Shown here: one piece after another, positions 1 to 8,774 of the stretch | Layout of the letters: the number at the start of each line of letters is the position of its first letter | How positions within the stretch are numbered: the first letter of the stretch is position 1 | Assembly (NCBI GenBank): GCA_913031205.1 | Contig: CAJWEM010000005.1 | Span: forward strand, 1 to 59,925 | Origin: an uncultured Gammaproteobacteria bacterium | GTDB lineage: Bacteria; Pseudomonadota; Gammaproteobacteria; Poriferisulfidales; GCA-002705445 | Reading direction: 5' to 3' | Length of the DNA stretch: 59,925 bases | Notes under the pieces: generated by a model | Told to the model about the DNA's origin: nothing | Databases searched by the model: none | Seen by the model: only the letters and a program-made list of their open reading frames with translations | Position numbers and translations under genes: made by a program

Positions 1-55
<55 letters not shown>

Positions 56-70
56 CCTAGAAAGTCAGTG

Positions 71-99
71 ATTTTGAGGCTGATTATTACTAAAGTCAA
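71..99 (-). promoter_or_regulatory. Putative sigma70 promoter for tRNA-Glu
   Basis: TTGACT (99-94), 17 nt, CAAAAT (76-71) on the minus strand; the -35 overlaps the gltX stop. Confidence 0.5.
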
Positions 100-1478
100 G
101 TAATCAAAGTTTTTGCAGCCCCAAGCCTTTTAATACAACGTTCTTTGCCAAGTAAAAAAATAGTTGTGTCAATTGATGGTGATGATAAAGAGCCGGTTAA
201 GGCCACTCTTGTTGGCTTTGCAAATTCTGGCAGCTTTAAATTAAGTCTTGCCATGATATTGTCGATAAGATCTTTAATAACAGCCAAAGACCAGTTATCT
301 ATTTTATTTAAATCATCGAGCAATGATTCAAATATAACCCTATTTGATTCAACAATAAATTTTGTCATAAGTTTATCGTTTATTTCAATATTAATATCTA
401 AAAAATACCTACTTTCATCTATAATTTCTTTAATGCTTTTACATCTATCTCTCTGAGCTTCAATAATTTCAAGTATTTTAGTTTTTCCAAGATCTTTAAA
501 TTCTCCAGTTAAAAATATAAATTCATTATATAAATCATCTATTTGCGATTGTTTTATAAAATATTTATTAATATTATAGAGCTTATTATAGTCAAATATT
601 GAGGACGATTTATTTAACGAATCTAGCCTGAAAAACTCAACTAGCTCTTCAATTGTGAATTTTTCTTTATCCCCAAAAGACCACCCAAGTCTTGCTAAAT
701 AATTTACCATTGATAAAGGAAGAATACCTTCGCTTCGAAAATCATATGCGCTTACAGCCCCATGTCTTTTTGATAATCTTTTTCTATCTTCGCCAAGAAT
801 TAATGGTATATGTGTATAAACCGGCATTTCTGATTTTAGAGCATGAATCATATGAATCTGTCTAAAAGTATTATTAAGATGATCGTCTCCTCTTATTACA
901 TTTGTGATACCCATATCTAAGTCGTCTACGACAACAGTAAGATTGTAAGTTGGTGAACCATCAGCTCTTTGAATTATCAGGTCATCAAGCTCTTTATTAT
1001 TTACAGAAACCTTCCCTTTCAAAGTATCATTTAGAGTCACTTCTCCTTCCAAGGGTGTTTTAAAGCGAACAACAGCGCCTGGTTCTTTTTTTAGCCCCTT
1101 ATCCCTGTTCCTTCCGTCATATTTAGGCTTTAAGCCCTTTTTTTGTTGATCTTTTCTGAGACTTTCAAGCTCTTCTTTTGAGCAATTACAATAATATGCA
1201 TTATTTTCTTTAAGTAACTTATCTATTATTTCATTATACCTTTCAGTCCGTTCGCTCTGATAAACAATATCCTTATCTGGGTTAATTCCTAACCAGCTCA
1301 TTGCCTCAAGGATTCCCTCTGTATACTGTTGTTCAGACCTATTTTTATCAGTATCTTCGACCCTTAATAGAAATAAACCAGAGTTACTTTTAGCGTAAAG
1401 CCAGTTAAAAAGAGCTGTTCTTGCGCCACCAATATGCAAATGGCCTGTTGGGCTTGGAGCAAATCTAGTTATAACCAT
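96..1478 (-). CDS. gltX: Glutamate--tRNA ligase
   Basis: TRFAPSPTGHLHIGG (HIGH), IRGDDHL, RLSKRHG motifs; start moved to ATG 1478 (MVITRFAP). Confidence 0.97.
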   Translation of the reverse strand: MVITRFAPSPTGHLHIGGARTALFNWLYAKSNSGLFLLRVEDTDKNRSEQQYTEGILEAMSWLGINPDKDIVYQSERTERYNEIIDKLLKENNAYYCNCSKEELESLRKDQQKKGLKPKYDGRNRDKGLKKEPGAVVRFKTPLEGEVTLNDTLKGKVSVNNKELDDLIIQRADGSPTYNLTVVVDDLDMGITNVIRGDDHLNNTFRQIHMIHALKSEMPVYTHIPLILGEDRKRLSKRHGAVSAYDFRSEGILPLSMVNYLARLGWSFGDKEKFTIEELVEFFRLDSLNKSSSIFDYNKLYNINKYFIKQSQIDDLYNEFIFLTGEFKDLGKTKILEIIEAQRDRCKSIKEIIDESRYFLDINIEINDKLMTKFIVESNRVIFESLLDDLNKIDNWSLAVIKDLIDNIMARLNLKLPEFAKPTRVALTGSLSSPSIDTTIFLLGKERCIKRLGAAKTLIT

Positions 1479-1556
1479 TATTATTACCTTGAAAAATGAG
1501 TATAAGAATTGTATTTTAATTTGTCTTAAATAGAAATAAAAATAAAAAAACAAATT

Positions 1557-2678
1557 ATGCTAATTGACGAATACAAGGCTCTTGGATCAAGAAATGATTT
1601 TTTCATTGATGCAGAGCAAGAAAAAACGATAGGTAAGTTTCAAGAATTATACAATAGAACTTTAGGCATAAAAGGCTCGAGTGAATCAATTTTAGGTAAT
1701 ATAGGATTAAATTTATTTAATGGAGCAACGAAGAAATCAAATAAGGGGATATATCTTCATGGTGGTGTAGGAAGAGGGAAAACTTTCTTAATGGATATGT
1801 TTTATAAAGAACTCCCCATAAAAAATAAAAAGCGAATACATTTTCATAGATTTATGAATAGTATTCACGAAAAATTAAATTCTATAAAAAATGTAGAAAA
1901 TCCAATAGATATAATTTCAAATGAAATTTCAAGCGAAATAGAAGTTTTATGTCTGGACGAATTTATTGTAAATGATATAGCTGATGCAATGATACTTGGA
2001 GAATTACTTAAAGGCTTATTTGCAAATAACTTAATAATTGTTTTTACTTCAAATACTGAACCAAAAAACCTCTATCAAGATGGTTTGCAGAGAGAGAAAT
2101 TTTTGTACGCAATAACTCTTATAGAAGAAAATACAGAAATAATTCACCTTAGCAGTAAAAAAGATTATAGGTTATTAAAGTTTGGTAATGTAAGGACATA
2201 TCATTATCCTATAAATGAACAAACAGATGTTAGTATGCAGCAATATTTTTCTTCAATATCGCCAGATTGGTTTAATTGGTTTACAAGAAAACCTGTTTTT
2301 GAAGGAGCAACTATAAAAATTAATAATAGAGATATTAATGTTAGATTTTTATCGTCAAACACAGTCTGGTTTAAATTCGATATTATATGTGGCAATGGGA
2401 GATCGCCAAATGATTATATAGAAATATCTAAAATTTATAAAAATGTTTTTATATCTGATATTCCAAAAATGAATGATACACATATCGATGAAGCAAGAAG
2501 ATTTATTAATTTGATTGATGAATTTTATGATAGACATGTTAAAGTTATTATCTCAGCTGAATCTGCTATTGATGATTTATGCAATATTAAAAAAATCAAT
2601 AAAGATTTTGAAAGAACGAAAAGCAGACTTCAGGAAATGCAATCTGATGAATATATGGAAAAACAACATAAAAAATAA
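1557..2678 (+). CDS. zapE: AFG1/ZapE-family ATPase
   Basis: GIYLHGGVGRGKTFLMD Walker A, RIHFHRFM, CLDEF Walker B, ARRFINLIDEFYD, FERTKSRLQEMQS. Confidence 0.93.
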   Translation: MLIDEYKALGSRNDFFIDAEQEKTIGKFQELYNRTLGIKGSSESILGNIGLNLFNGATKKSNKGIYLHGGVGRGKTFLMDMFYKELPIKNKKRIHFHRFMNSIHEKLNSIKNVENPIDIISNEISSEIEVLCLDEFIVNDIADAMILGELLKGLFANNLIIVFTSNTEPKNLYQDGLQREKFLYAITLIEENTEIIHLSSKKDYRLLKFGNVRTYHYPINEQTDVSMQQYFSSISPDWFNWFTRKPVFEGATIKINNRDINVRFLSSNTVWFKFDIICGNGRSPNDYIEISKIYKNVFISDIPKMNDTHIDEARRFINLIDEFYDRHVKVIISAESAIDDLCNIKKINKDFERTKSRLQEMQSDEYMEKQHKK

Positions 2679-2696
2679 TTTTTCGAAGAGGATGCG

Positions 2697-3674
2697 ATGA
2701 ATAAACCAGTAAATGTAGCAGTCACCGGAGCGGCAGGAAATATAGCTTATGCCGCAGTCTTTAGGATAGCTTCAGGGCAGATGCTCGGAAAAGAACAACC
2801 AATAAATCTAAAACTTATTGACATCGAGCCTGCAATGCAAGCTTTGAAAGGAGTGCAGTACGAGCTCGAGGATTGTGCCTTCCCTCTTCTAAATTCAATT
2901 TCAATTACATCAGATTTAAATGAGGGTTTTGGTGATTGTGATTTTGCGCTTTTAATTGGCGCTAAGCCAAGAACAAAAGGTATGGAAAGAAAAGACTTGC
3001 TTAAAGATAATGGTAAAATTTTTCAACCACAGGGGAAAGCTATCAATGATAATGCAAGGCCGACTGTTAAAGTTTTAGTAGTTGGAAATCCTGCAAATAC
3101 AAATGCATTAATTACTATGCATAATGCCCCTGATATTGATGTAAAACAATTTACATCAATGATGAGATTAGATCACGATAGAGCAAAAGCTCAAATTGCT
3201 TTGAAATACGCAACATCAATTAAAAAAGTAAAAAAAATCATTGTTTGGGGGAATCACTCAAATACACAAGTTCCAGATTTAACAAAAGCAGAAGTAAATG
3301 ATGAAGAAATAAAAGAATTAATGAATACAAATTGGTATAAAGACGAATTTATACCAAGGATTCAAAATAGAGGAGCTGAAATTATTGAATCCAGAGGCCT
3401 ATCATCTGCCGCGTCCGCAGCAAATGCTGCTATTTCTCATATGCGAGACTGGACTTCAGGTAATAGTGACTGGTTAAGTATTGGCCAAATATCAAACAAT
3501 AATCCTTTCGGAATATCTGAAGACATCATCTTTTCTTTTCCATCAAGATGTAGCAACGGAATATTTGAAATGGTAACCGATATGGAAATATCGAAATCTA
3601 TTCAAAGCTTAGTTAAAGAAACAGAAGAAGAGCTTATCAAAGAAAGAGATTCGGTTTTAGAACTCTTAAGATAA
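2697..3674 (+). CDS. mdh: Malate dehydrogenase (MDH type 2, cytosolic-like)
   Basis: [48 protein letters not shown]. Confidence 0.96.
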   Translation: MNKPVNVAVTGAAGNIAYAAVFRIASGQMLGKEQPINLKLIDIEPAMQALKGVQYELEDCAFPLLNSISITSDLNEGFGDCDFALLIGAKPRTKGMERKDLLKDNGKIFQPQGKAINDNARPTVKVLVVGNPANTNALITMHNAPDIDVKQFTSMMRLDHDRAKAQIALKYATSIKKVKKIIVWGNHSNTQVPDLTKAEVNDEEIKELMNTNWYKDEFIPRIQNRGAEIIESRGLSSAASAANAAISHMRDWTSGNSDWLSIGQISNNNPFGISEDIIFSFPSRCSNGIFEMVTDMEISKSIQSLVKETEEELIKERDSVLELLR

Positions 3675-3676
3675 AA

Positions 3677-3756
3677 TGAGTGTAGTTTATTATTTTTATA
3701 AATGAAATTTATTCACATTTCTACAATAACAACATTGAGGCAATAAACTACACCCA
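3677..3756. terminator. Long inverted repeat between convergent genes; probable bidirectional terminator or structured RNA
   Basis: GTGTAGTTTATT (3680-3691) and AATAAACTACAC (3742-3753) form perfect 12-bp arms, extendable to 15 bp with one G-U on the minus strand. Confidence 0.5.
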
Positions 3757-3762
3757 AATATT

Positions 3763-4629
3763 TTATAATTTTACTCCTTCCCATTCGGTAATAAAATCTT
3801 CAATATATGCTGACACAACATCTGGCCTATCTTCTTGAGACCAATGTCCTGCCCTCTCTATAAATTGCAGTCTTACTGGTCCAGCAATATCCTGCTTTAA
3901 TCTTTCTCCAGACTCTTTAGGCATCCATGCATCATGTAAAGCCCAAAATACCGCTGTTGGACAGGTAATTTTCTTATGATCAACTGCTAATGTTTCCGCA
4001 TTTGTTGGTTGAGAACATATTTTCACTAAAGACTTAAAACCATGAAGACCATCGCGACCCCAATGACATAAGTAGTTCTCCTTAACATTTTTGTCGGTAA
4101 AAGCGATTTTATCATGACTACCTGTTCGCATTAGCCCAGCAAATTGAGCTACTGCTCCAGGCATTGCCGCAGCTAATACTTCATCACTTGCGCCTACTAA
4201 CCCGTTAAAGGCTTCAACTTCCAACACAGGCCAATAATCATAGGCCACAGGATTTAAAAGGACCAATCTACTTATGTAATCACAATATTTTGAAGCAAAA
4301 ACCTGGCAAACTCCTCCGCCATGATCATGACCAACTAAAATCACATTACCCTTTACCCCAAGTTCCTCTATAACTCCTTTTATAGCTTCAGCTTGGTTAT
4401 TGAAAGTATGCTCGAAATCATCAAGCGGCATCGATGATTGCCCATAACCTACCATATCCATGGCATATGAATGGAATTTATTCTCGAGATTTTTCTGTAC
4501 ATGTCTCCACAATCTTGCGTTAGTCGGAATGCCATGTACAAAAAGGATTGGCGTACCTTTGTTGTTTTTTCCATACTCCTCAAGATGAATTTCTAAATCT
4601 TGACCACAAGCGTTTATATTAACTTTCAT
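3763..4629 (-). CDS. Alpha/beta hydrolase, epoxide hydrolase/dehalogenase clan (Asp nucleophile)
   Basis: HGIP oxyanion motif, GYGQS, GHDHGG nucleophile elbow, AGHW catalytic His; GGGGAG SD upstream of ATG 4629. Confidence 0.85.
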   Translation of the reverse strand: MKVNINACGQDLEIHLEEYGKNNKGTPILFVHGIPTNARLWRHVQKNLENKFHSYAMDMVGYGQSSMPLDDFEHTFNNQAEAIKGVIEELGVKGNVILVGHDHGGGVCQVFASKYCDYISRLVLLNPVAYDYWPVLEVEAFNGLVGASDEVLAAAMPGAVAQFAGLMRTGSHDKIAFTDKNVKENYLCHWGRDGLHGFKSLVKICSQPTNAETLAVDHKKITCPTAVFWALHDAWMPKESGERLKQDIAGPVRLQFIERAGHWSQEDRPDVVSAYIEDFITEWEGVKL

Positions 4630-4712
4630 TGTAATTTCTCCCCACAAAGCATTGTTTTTATATGTAATTATGTTTATATATTACATAGTTTATAAATATA
4701 TCTCAATAAAAT

Positions 4713-5153
4713 ATGGTTTATGCAATATCCACTATAATTATAATACTTTCAATAGTTTACATATTGAAAAAATTTAAAAAAAACTCACAAAGACTATTTT
4801 TTTTACTATCAATAGTGGTGATTTTTCTAGTCTTGACAGGGAGAGCGCACTGGATATCTGCGATTGTCGTTGCATTAATTCCGGTTGTAAAAAAACTTTT
4901 TTTAATTTTAAGATACTTACCAATACTTCAGAGGTTTAATTCTTTCTATCGTCAAAAAAAGAATAGTAACTTCAAACAATCTATGTCAAAAGAAGAAGCT
5001 GCAAATATTTTAAATATAGATGTCAGCGCTTCAGAGAATGAAATTATTTTAGCTCACAAGAAAGCAATGCAAAAAAACCACCCTGATAAAGGTGGTTCAA
5101 AAGAAATTGCTTCTAAAATAAATTCTGCCAAAAAAACGCTTCTAGAAAAATAA
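4713..5153 (+). CDS. Membrane-anchored J-domain protein (Pam18/Tim14-like short J domain)
   Basis: N-terminal hydrophobic segments; C-terminal MSKEEAANILN...HPDKGGS...KINSAK. Confidence 0.85.
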   Translation: MVYAISTIIIILSIVYILKKFKKNSQRLFFLLSIVVIFLVLTGRAHWISAIVVALIPVVKKLFLILRYLPILQRFNSFYRQKKNSNFKQSMSKEEAANILNIDVSASENEIILAHKKAMQKNHPDKGGSKEIASKINSAKKTLLEK

Positions 5154-5154
5154 A

Positions 5155-5907
5155 TTAATCGTTGCAAATTTTGCAGGTTTGATTCTGCTTTGTATTTATA
5201 GAATCAACTGAAAAATTTAACCCATTAACTACTAAAAGTTTTTTATCGAAAGAGGATTTGTTCCCTGTCAATATATTTATACACTCTAAAGCCATCATTG
5301 AACTTATCATTCCAACAAGTGGTGCTAAAACTCCTGCATCAGAGCAGGAATTAGAGTCAATTAGATCTTCATATATACACTCATAACAAGGACTCTCAGA
5401 GGAAAACATTGTCATCAATTGCCCTGTATAGCCTTCCACAGCACCTATAATAAGTTTTTTATTTTTTTCGACACATGCTTTATTAATAATTTTTCGAACA
5501 TGAAAATTATCTGTTCCATCCAAGACTATATCTGAGTTAGATACGATAGACATAACATCATCACTTGTTTCAATCTTTTTATTATATTTTTTAATTTCTA
5601 AAGATTTAAATTTATTATTCAAAAATTTTTCTATTACATCAACCTTAAATAAACCAATATCATTATTTGAAAAATTTATTTGCCTTTGTAAGTTTGTCTC
5701 TTCCACGACGTCAAAGTCGATGATATTAATTTTTTTTATACCTGAGGATGCTATATAAGTTGATAATAAATTTCCAAGTCCACCAAGACCAAAAATAGAG
5801 ACTTCTGAAATATTTAGCCTTTGCTGGCCCTCAATACCTATTGTTGGCAAAAGAATGTGTTTTGAAAAATAAAGAAGATCTTTATCATTAAGGTAACTGA
5901 ATTCCAT
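5155..5907 (-). CDS. moeB: MoeB/ThiF-family adenylyltransferase
   Basis: GLGGLG, DFDVVEETNLQRQ, DGTDNF, CYEC and CKIC Zn motifs, SCSDAGV; next to mobAB. Confidence 0.85.
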   Translation of the reverse strand: MEFSYLNDKDLLYFSKHILLPTIGIEGQQRLNISEVSIFGLGGLGNLLSTYIASSGIKKINIIDFDVVEETNLQRQINFSNNDIGLFKVDVIEKFLNNKFKSLEIKKYNKKIETSDDVMSIVSNSDIVLDGTDNFHVRKIINKACVEKNKKLIIGAVEGYTGQLMTMFSSESPCYECIYEDLIDSNSCSDAGVLAPLVGMISSMMALECINILTGNKSSFDKKLLVVNGLNFSVDSINTKQNQTCKICND

Positions 5908-5908
5908 A

Positions 5909-6208
5909 TTATTTTTTTCTTGAATTAAATTTCTCTAATTGCTCCTTAGTTGCTTCTTTTTGATACTTTTCTTTCCAAGTGTTGTATGGCATACCATAAA
6001 CTATTTCCCTAGCTTCATCATATGAAATTTCAACACCCTTTTCCTTTGCTGCTGCAACATACCATTTTGATAAACAATTTCTACAGAAATCTGCAAGGTT
6101 CATTAAGTCTATATTCTGAACTTCAGTTTTTTTTTGCAAATGTTTTATTAAAGTTAAAAAAACCTCTGACTGTATTTCCATCTGAAGTTTATTATTGCTA
6201 TCATTCAT
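5909..6208 (-). CDS. DUF1244-family protein
   Basis: VQNIDLMNLADFCRNCLSKWY and EAREIVYGMPY..WK signatures; GGAG SD. Confidence 0.85.
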   Translation of the reverse strand: MNDSNNKLQMEIQSEVFLTLIKHLQKKTEVQNIDLMNLADFCRNCLSKWYVAAAKEKGVEISYDEAREIVYGMPYNTWKEKYQKEATKEQLEKFNSRKK

Positions 6209-6279
6209 AGTAGTATTTCTCCATTAATATTAATTGTTTCTATTATAAGATATTATTCTTAATTTCTACAGAGGTGTTT

Positions 6280-6861
6280 ATGTTAGAAGTAGATGATCTT
6301 TCAATTGGAATTCTAGCTGGGGGTAAGGCAACTAGAATGAACAATCAAGATAAAGGTTTAGTAAATCTTAAGGGGAAACCCTTTGTTGAAAGACTAATTG
6401 AAATCATTAAGCCACACACACCAAATATAATTATCAATGCAAATAGAAATATTTCAGAGTATGAAAAGTATAATTATCCTGTGATTAAGGACGAAATGAA
6501 CAATTTTCAGGGCCCGCTATCAGGAATATACTCAATGTTAAAAGCAAGTAAAAACAAATACCTCTTTACATTACCTTGTGATTGCCCAAATTTTAGGTGG
6601 GAGGTTGTCGAAATCTTCATGAAAAATGTCAGTAATAAAGAACTATATATAGCTCATAACCACGAGAGATCGCAGCCAGTTTTTATGCTTATTTCGAAAT
6701 CAAAAATAAATTCCTTACAAAATTTCCTTGAAAATGGTGAAAGAAAAATTGACGCTTGGTATCAACAGAATGATCACGAATATATTTATTTTGAAAAAGA
6801 AAAGCATTTCTTTGATAATATTAATACTTTAGACCAGTTAAAAGAATATAATGAAGAGTAA
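6280..6861 (+). CDS. mobA: Molybdenum cofactor guanylyltransferase
   Basis: LAGGKATRM, DKGL, INANRN, FQGPLSGI, PCDCP, FDNINT. Confidence 0.93.
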   Translation: MLEVDDLSIGILAGGKATRMNNQDKGLVNLKGKPFVERLIEIIKPHTPNIIINANRNISEYEKYNYPVIKDEMNNFQGPLSGIYSMLKASKNKYLFTLPCDCPNFRWEVVEIFMKNVSNKELYIAHNHERSQPVFMLISKSKINSLQNFLENGERKIDAWYQQNDHEYIYFEKEKHFFDNINTLDQLKEYNEE

Positions 6862-7369
6862 AAAAATTATAGGTTTTGCTGCTTTTAGTGGAACAGGCAA
6901 AACAACATTAATAAAAAAAATTGTCAGTATTTTAAGTAAAAAAAAATACACTGTTTCTGTTATAAAACATGCTCATCATAATTTTGACTTAGATCAACCA
7001 GGTAAAGATAGTTACGAAATTAGAAAATCAGGGGCAGAAAATATTTTAATCTCTTCGGAAAAAAGATGGGCATTAATTCATGAAAATAAAAATAACCAAG
7101 AGTTATCTCTAGAAGATCTTTTAAATATTCTAGGAAATATTGACTCTGATATTATTTTAGTTGAAGGTTTTAAAAAAGAGAATTTTCCAAAAATAGAGCT
7201 TTATAGAGAAGAAATAGGAAAGGATATTCTTTTTTATAATGACAAGAACATAGTAGCCTTTGCAACTGACGTAGATATAAATATTGAACAAAATATAGAA
7301 AAGCTTGATATTAACGATCCACAGCAAATCGTTGATTACATAATAAAATTTCTATCTTTAGACAAATAA
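6851..7369 (+). CDS. mobB: Molybdopterin-guanine dinucleotide biosynthesis protein B
   Basis: GFAAFSGTGKTTL, IKHAHHNFDLDQPGKDS, ILVEGFK; overlaps mobA. Confidence 0.94.
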   Translation: MKSKKIIGFAAFSGTGKTTLIKKIVSILSKKKYTVSVIKHAHHNFDLDQPGKDSYEIRKSGAENILISSEKRWALIHENKNNQELSLEDLLNILGNIDSDIILVEGFKKENFPKIELYREEIGKDILFYNDKNIVAFATDVDINIEQNIEKLDINDPQQIVDYIIKFLSLDK

Positions 7370-7475
7370 AAAATACATAACTTAAAAAACTTGCCTATAT
7401 ATGTTAGTATATTTTTTCTTTGTTTCGGCAGAGATTTCGATGGTATAACCTCACAAGATAACAATATATGGTGAA

Positions 7476-8774
7476 ATGACAGAAAAAAAAATCACAATCA
7501 AAGATGGACAATCTGATAATGAAATTGAGCTCCCTGTATTAGATTCAATTTTAGGCCCTGATGTGGTTGATATTCGTTCACTTGAAAAAAATCTTGGCTA
7601 TTTGTCGCATGATCCGGGTTTTATAGCCACATCTAGCTGCGAAAGTAAAATTACCTTTATAGATGGAAATGAGGGTAAGTTGTGGTACAGAGGCTATCCG
7701 ATTGAGGAACTTGCCGAAAAAAGTAATTTTTTAGAGACAGCTTATCTTTTGTTAAACGATAAGTTACCTAGCAAGGTAGAGCTTGAGTCTTTTTCTAATG
7801 ATGTTGCCAACGGTTATGACGTTGATGAATCGGTTAAAAAAATAATTAAAGTTTTTAATAAAGATAGCCATCCAATGGCAATAATGTCAGCATGTTTAAG
7901 CTTCCTATCTGCGAAATATCACAATGAAATAAATATTCAAGATATTGAATATAGATATAAATCCACAATTAATCTTATTTCTGGAGTACCGGTGATCTCC
8001 GCTTGGATATTAAATTTTATTCTTGGAAAAGATTTTACTAATCCAGAAAAATCATTATCAATAGCTGGAAATTTTATAAATATGTCCTTTCCAGATCTTA
8101 ATGATGATCAAAAAAAGCTTTCGTCTAGAGCAATGGATGTAATTTTTCTTCTACATGCAGACCATGAGCAAAACGCATCAACTTCAACAGTAAGGCTCTC
8201 TGGAAGCTCCGAGACAAGTCCATATGCTGCGATTGCAGCTGGAATATCTACCCTTTGGGGGCCAACTCATGGTGGCGCAAATGAAGCTGTTATCAATATG
8301 CTTGAAGAAATAAAAAATTCTGATAAAGATGTTGAGTATTATATTGAACAAGCAAAAGATAAAGAAAATCCATTTAGATTAATGGGCTTCGGTCATAGGA
8401 TTTATAAGAACTATGATCCAAGAGCAAAAATAATTCAAGAAATTGCACACGAATATCTTCAAAAACTTGATAGTAGTAATCCTAATAAGCCGCTTTTTGA
8501 CATAGCAATGAAGCTGGAAAAATATGCTCTCGAGGACGAATACTTTGTATCAAGAAAATTATACCCAAATGTTGATTTTTACTCGGGTATTGTACTAAAA
8601 GCTATTGGAGTTCCACAATGTATGTATACAGTTATGTTTGCTTTAGCAAGAACAGTTGGTTGGGTAGCTCATTGGAACGAAATGATTGAGGATAAAAACT
8701 TCCGAATTGGAAGACCAAGACAGCTTTACACTGGAAAAGATAAAACAAGTTATAAAGATATTGAAGAACGCTAG
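7476..8774 (+). CDS. gltA: Citrate synthase (type II-like)
   Basis: ITFIDG..G.L.YRGY, LHADHEQNAST, HGGANEAV, RLMGFGHR, YPNVDFYSG. Confidence 0.97.
   Translation: MTEKKITIKDGQSDNEIELPVLDSILGPDVVDIRSLEKNLGYLSHDPGFIATSSCESKITFIDGNEGKLWYRGYPIEELAEKSNFLETAYLLLNDKLPSKVELESFSNDVANGYDVDESVKKIIKVFNKDSHPMAIMSACLSFLSAKYHNEINIQDIEYRYKSTINLISGVPVISAWILNFILGKDFTNPEKSLSIAGNFINMSFPDLNDDQKKLSSRAMDVIFLLHADHEQNASTSTVRLSGSSETSPYAAIAAGISTLWGPTHGGANEAVINMLEEIKNSDKDVEYYIEQAKDKENPFRLMGFGHRIYKNYDPRAKIIQEIAHEYLQKLDSSNPNKPLFDIAMKLEKYALEDEYFVSRKLYPNVDFYSGIVLKAIGVPQCMYTVMFALARTVGWVAHWNEMIEDKNFRIGRPRQLYTGKDKTSYKDIEER

Noticed and set aside
1479-1553. 25-aa N-terminal extension of GltX in the ORF track
   Set aside because: Low-complexity F/Y-rich translation of the AT-rich spacer; family homology begins at MVITRFAP
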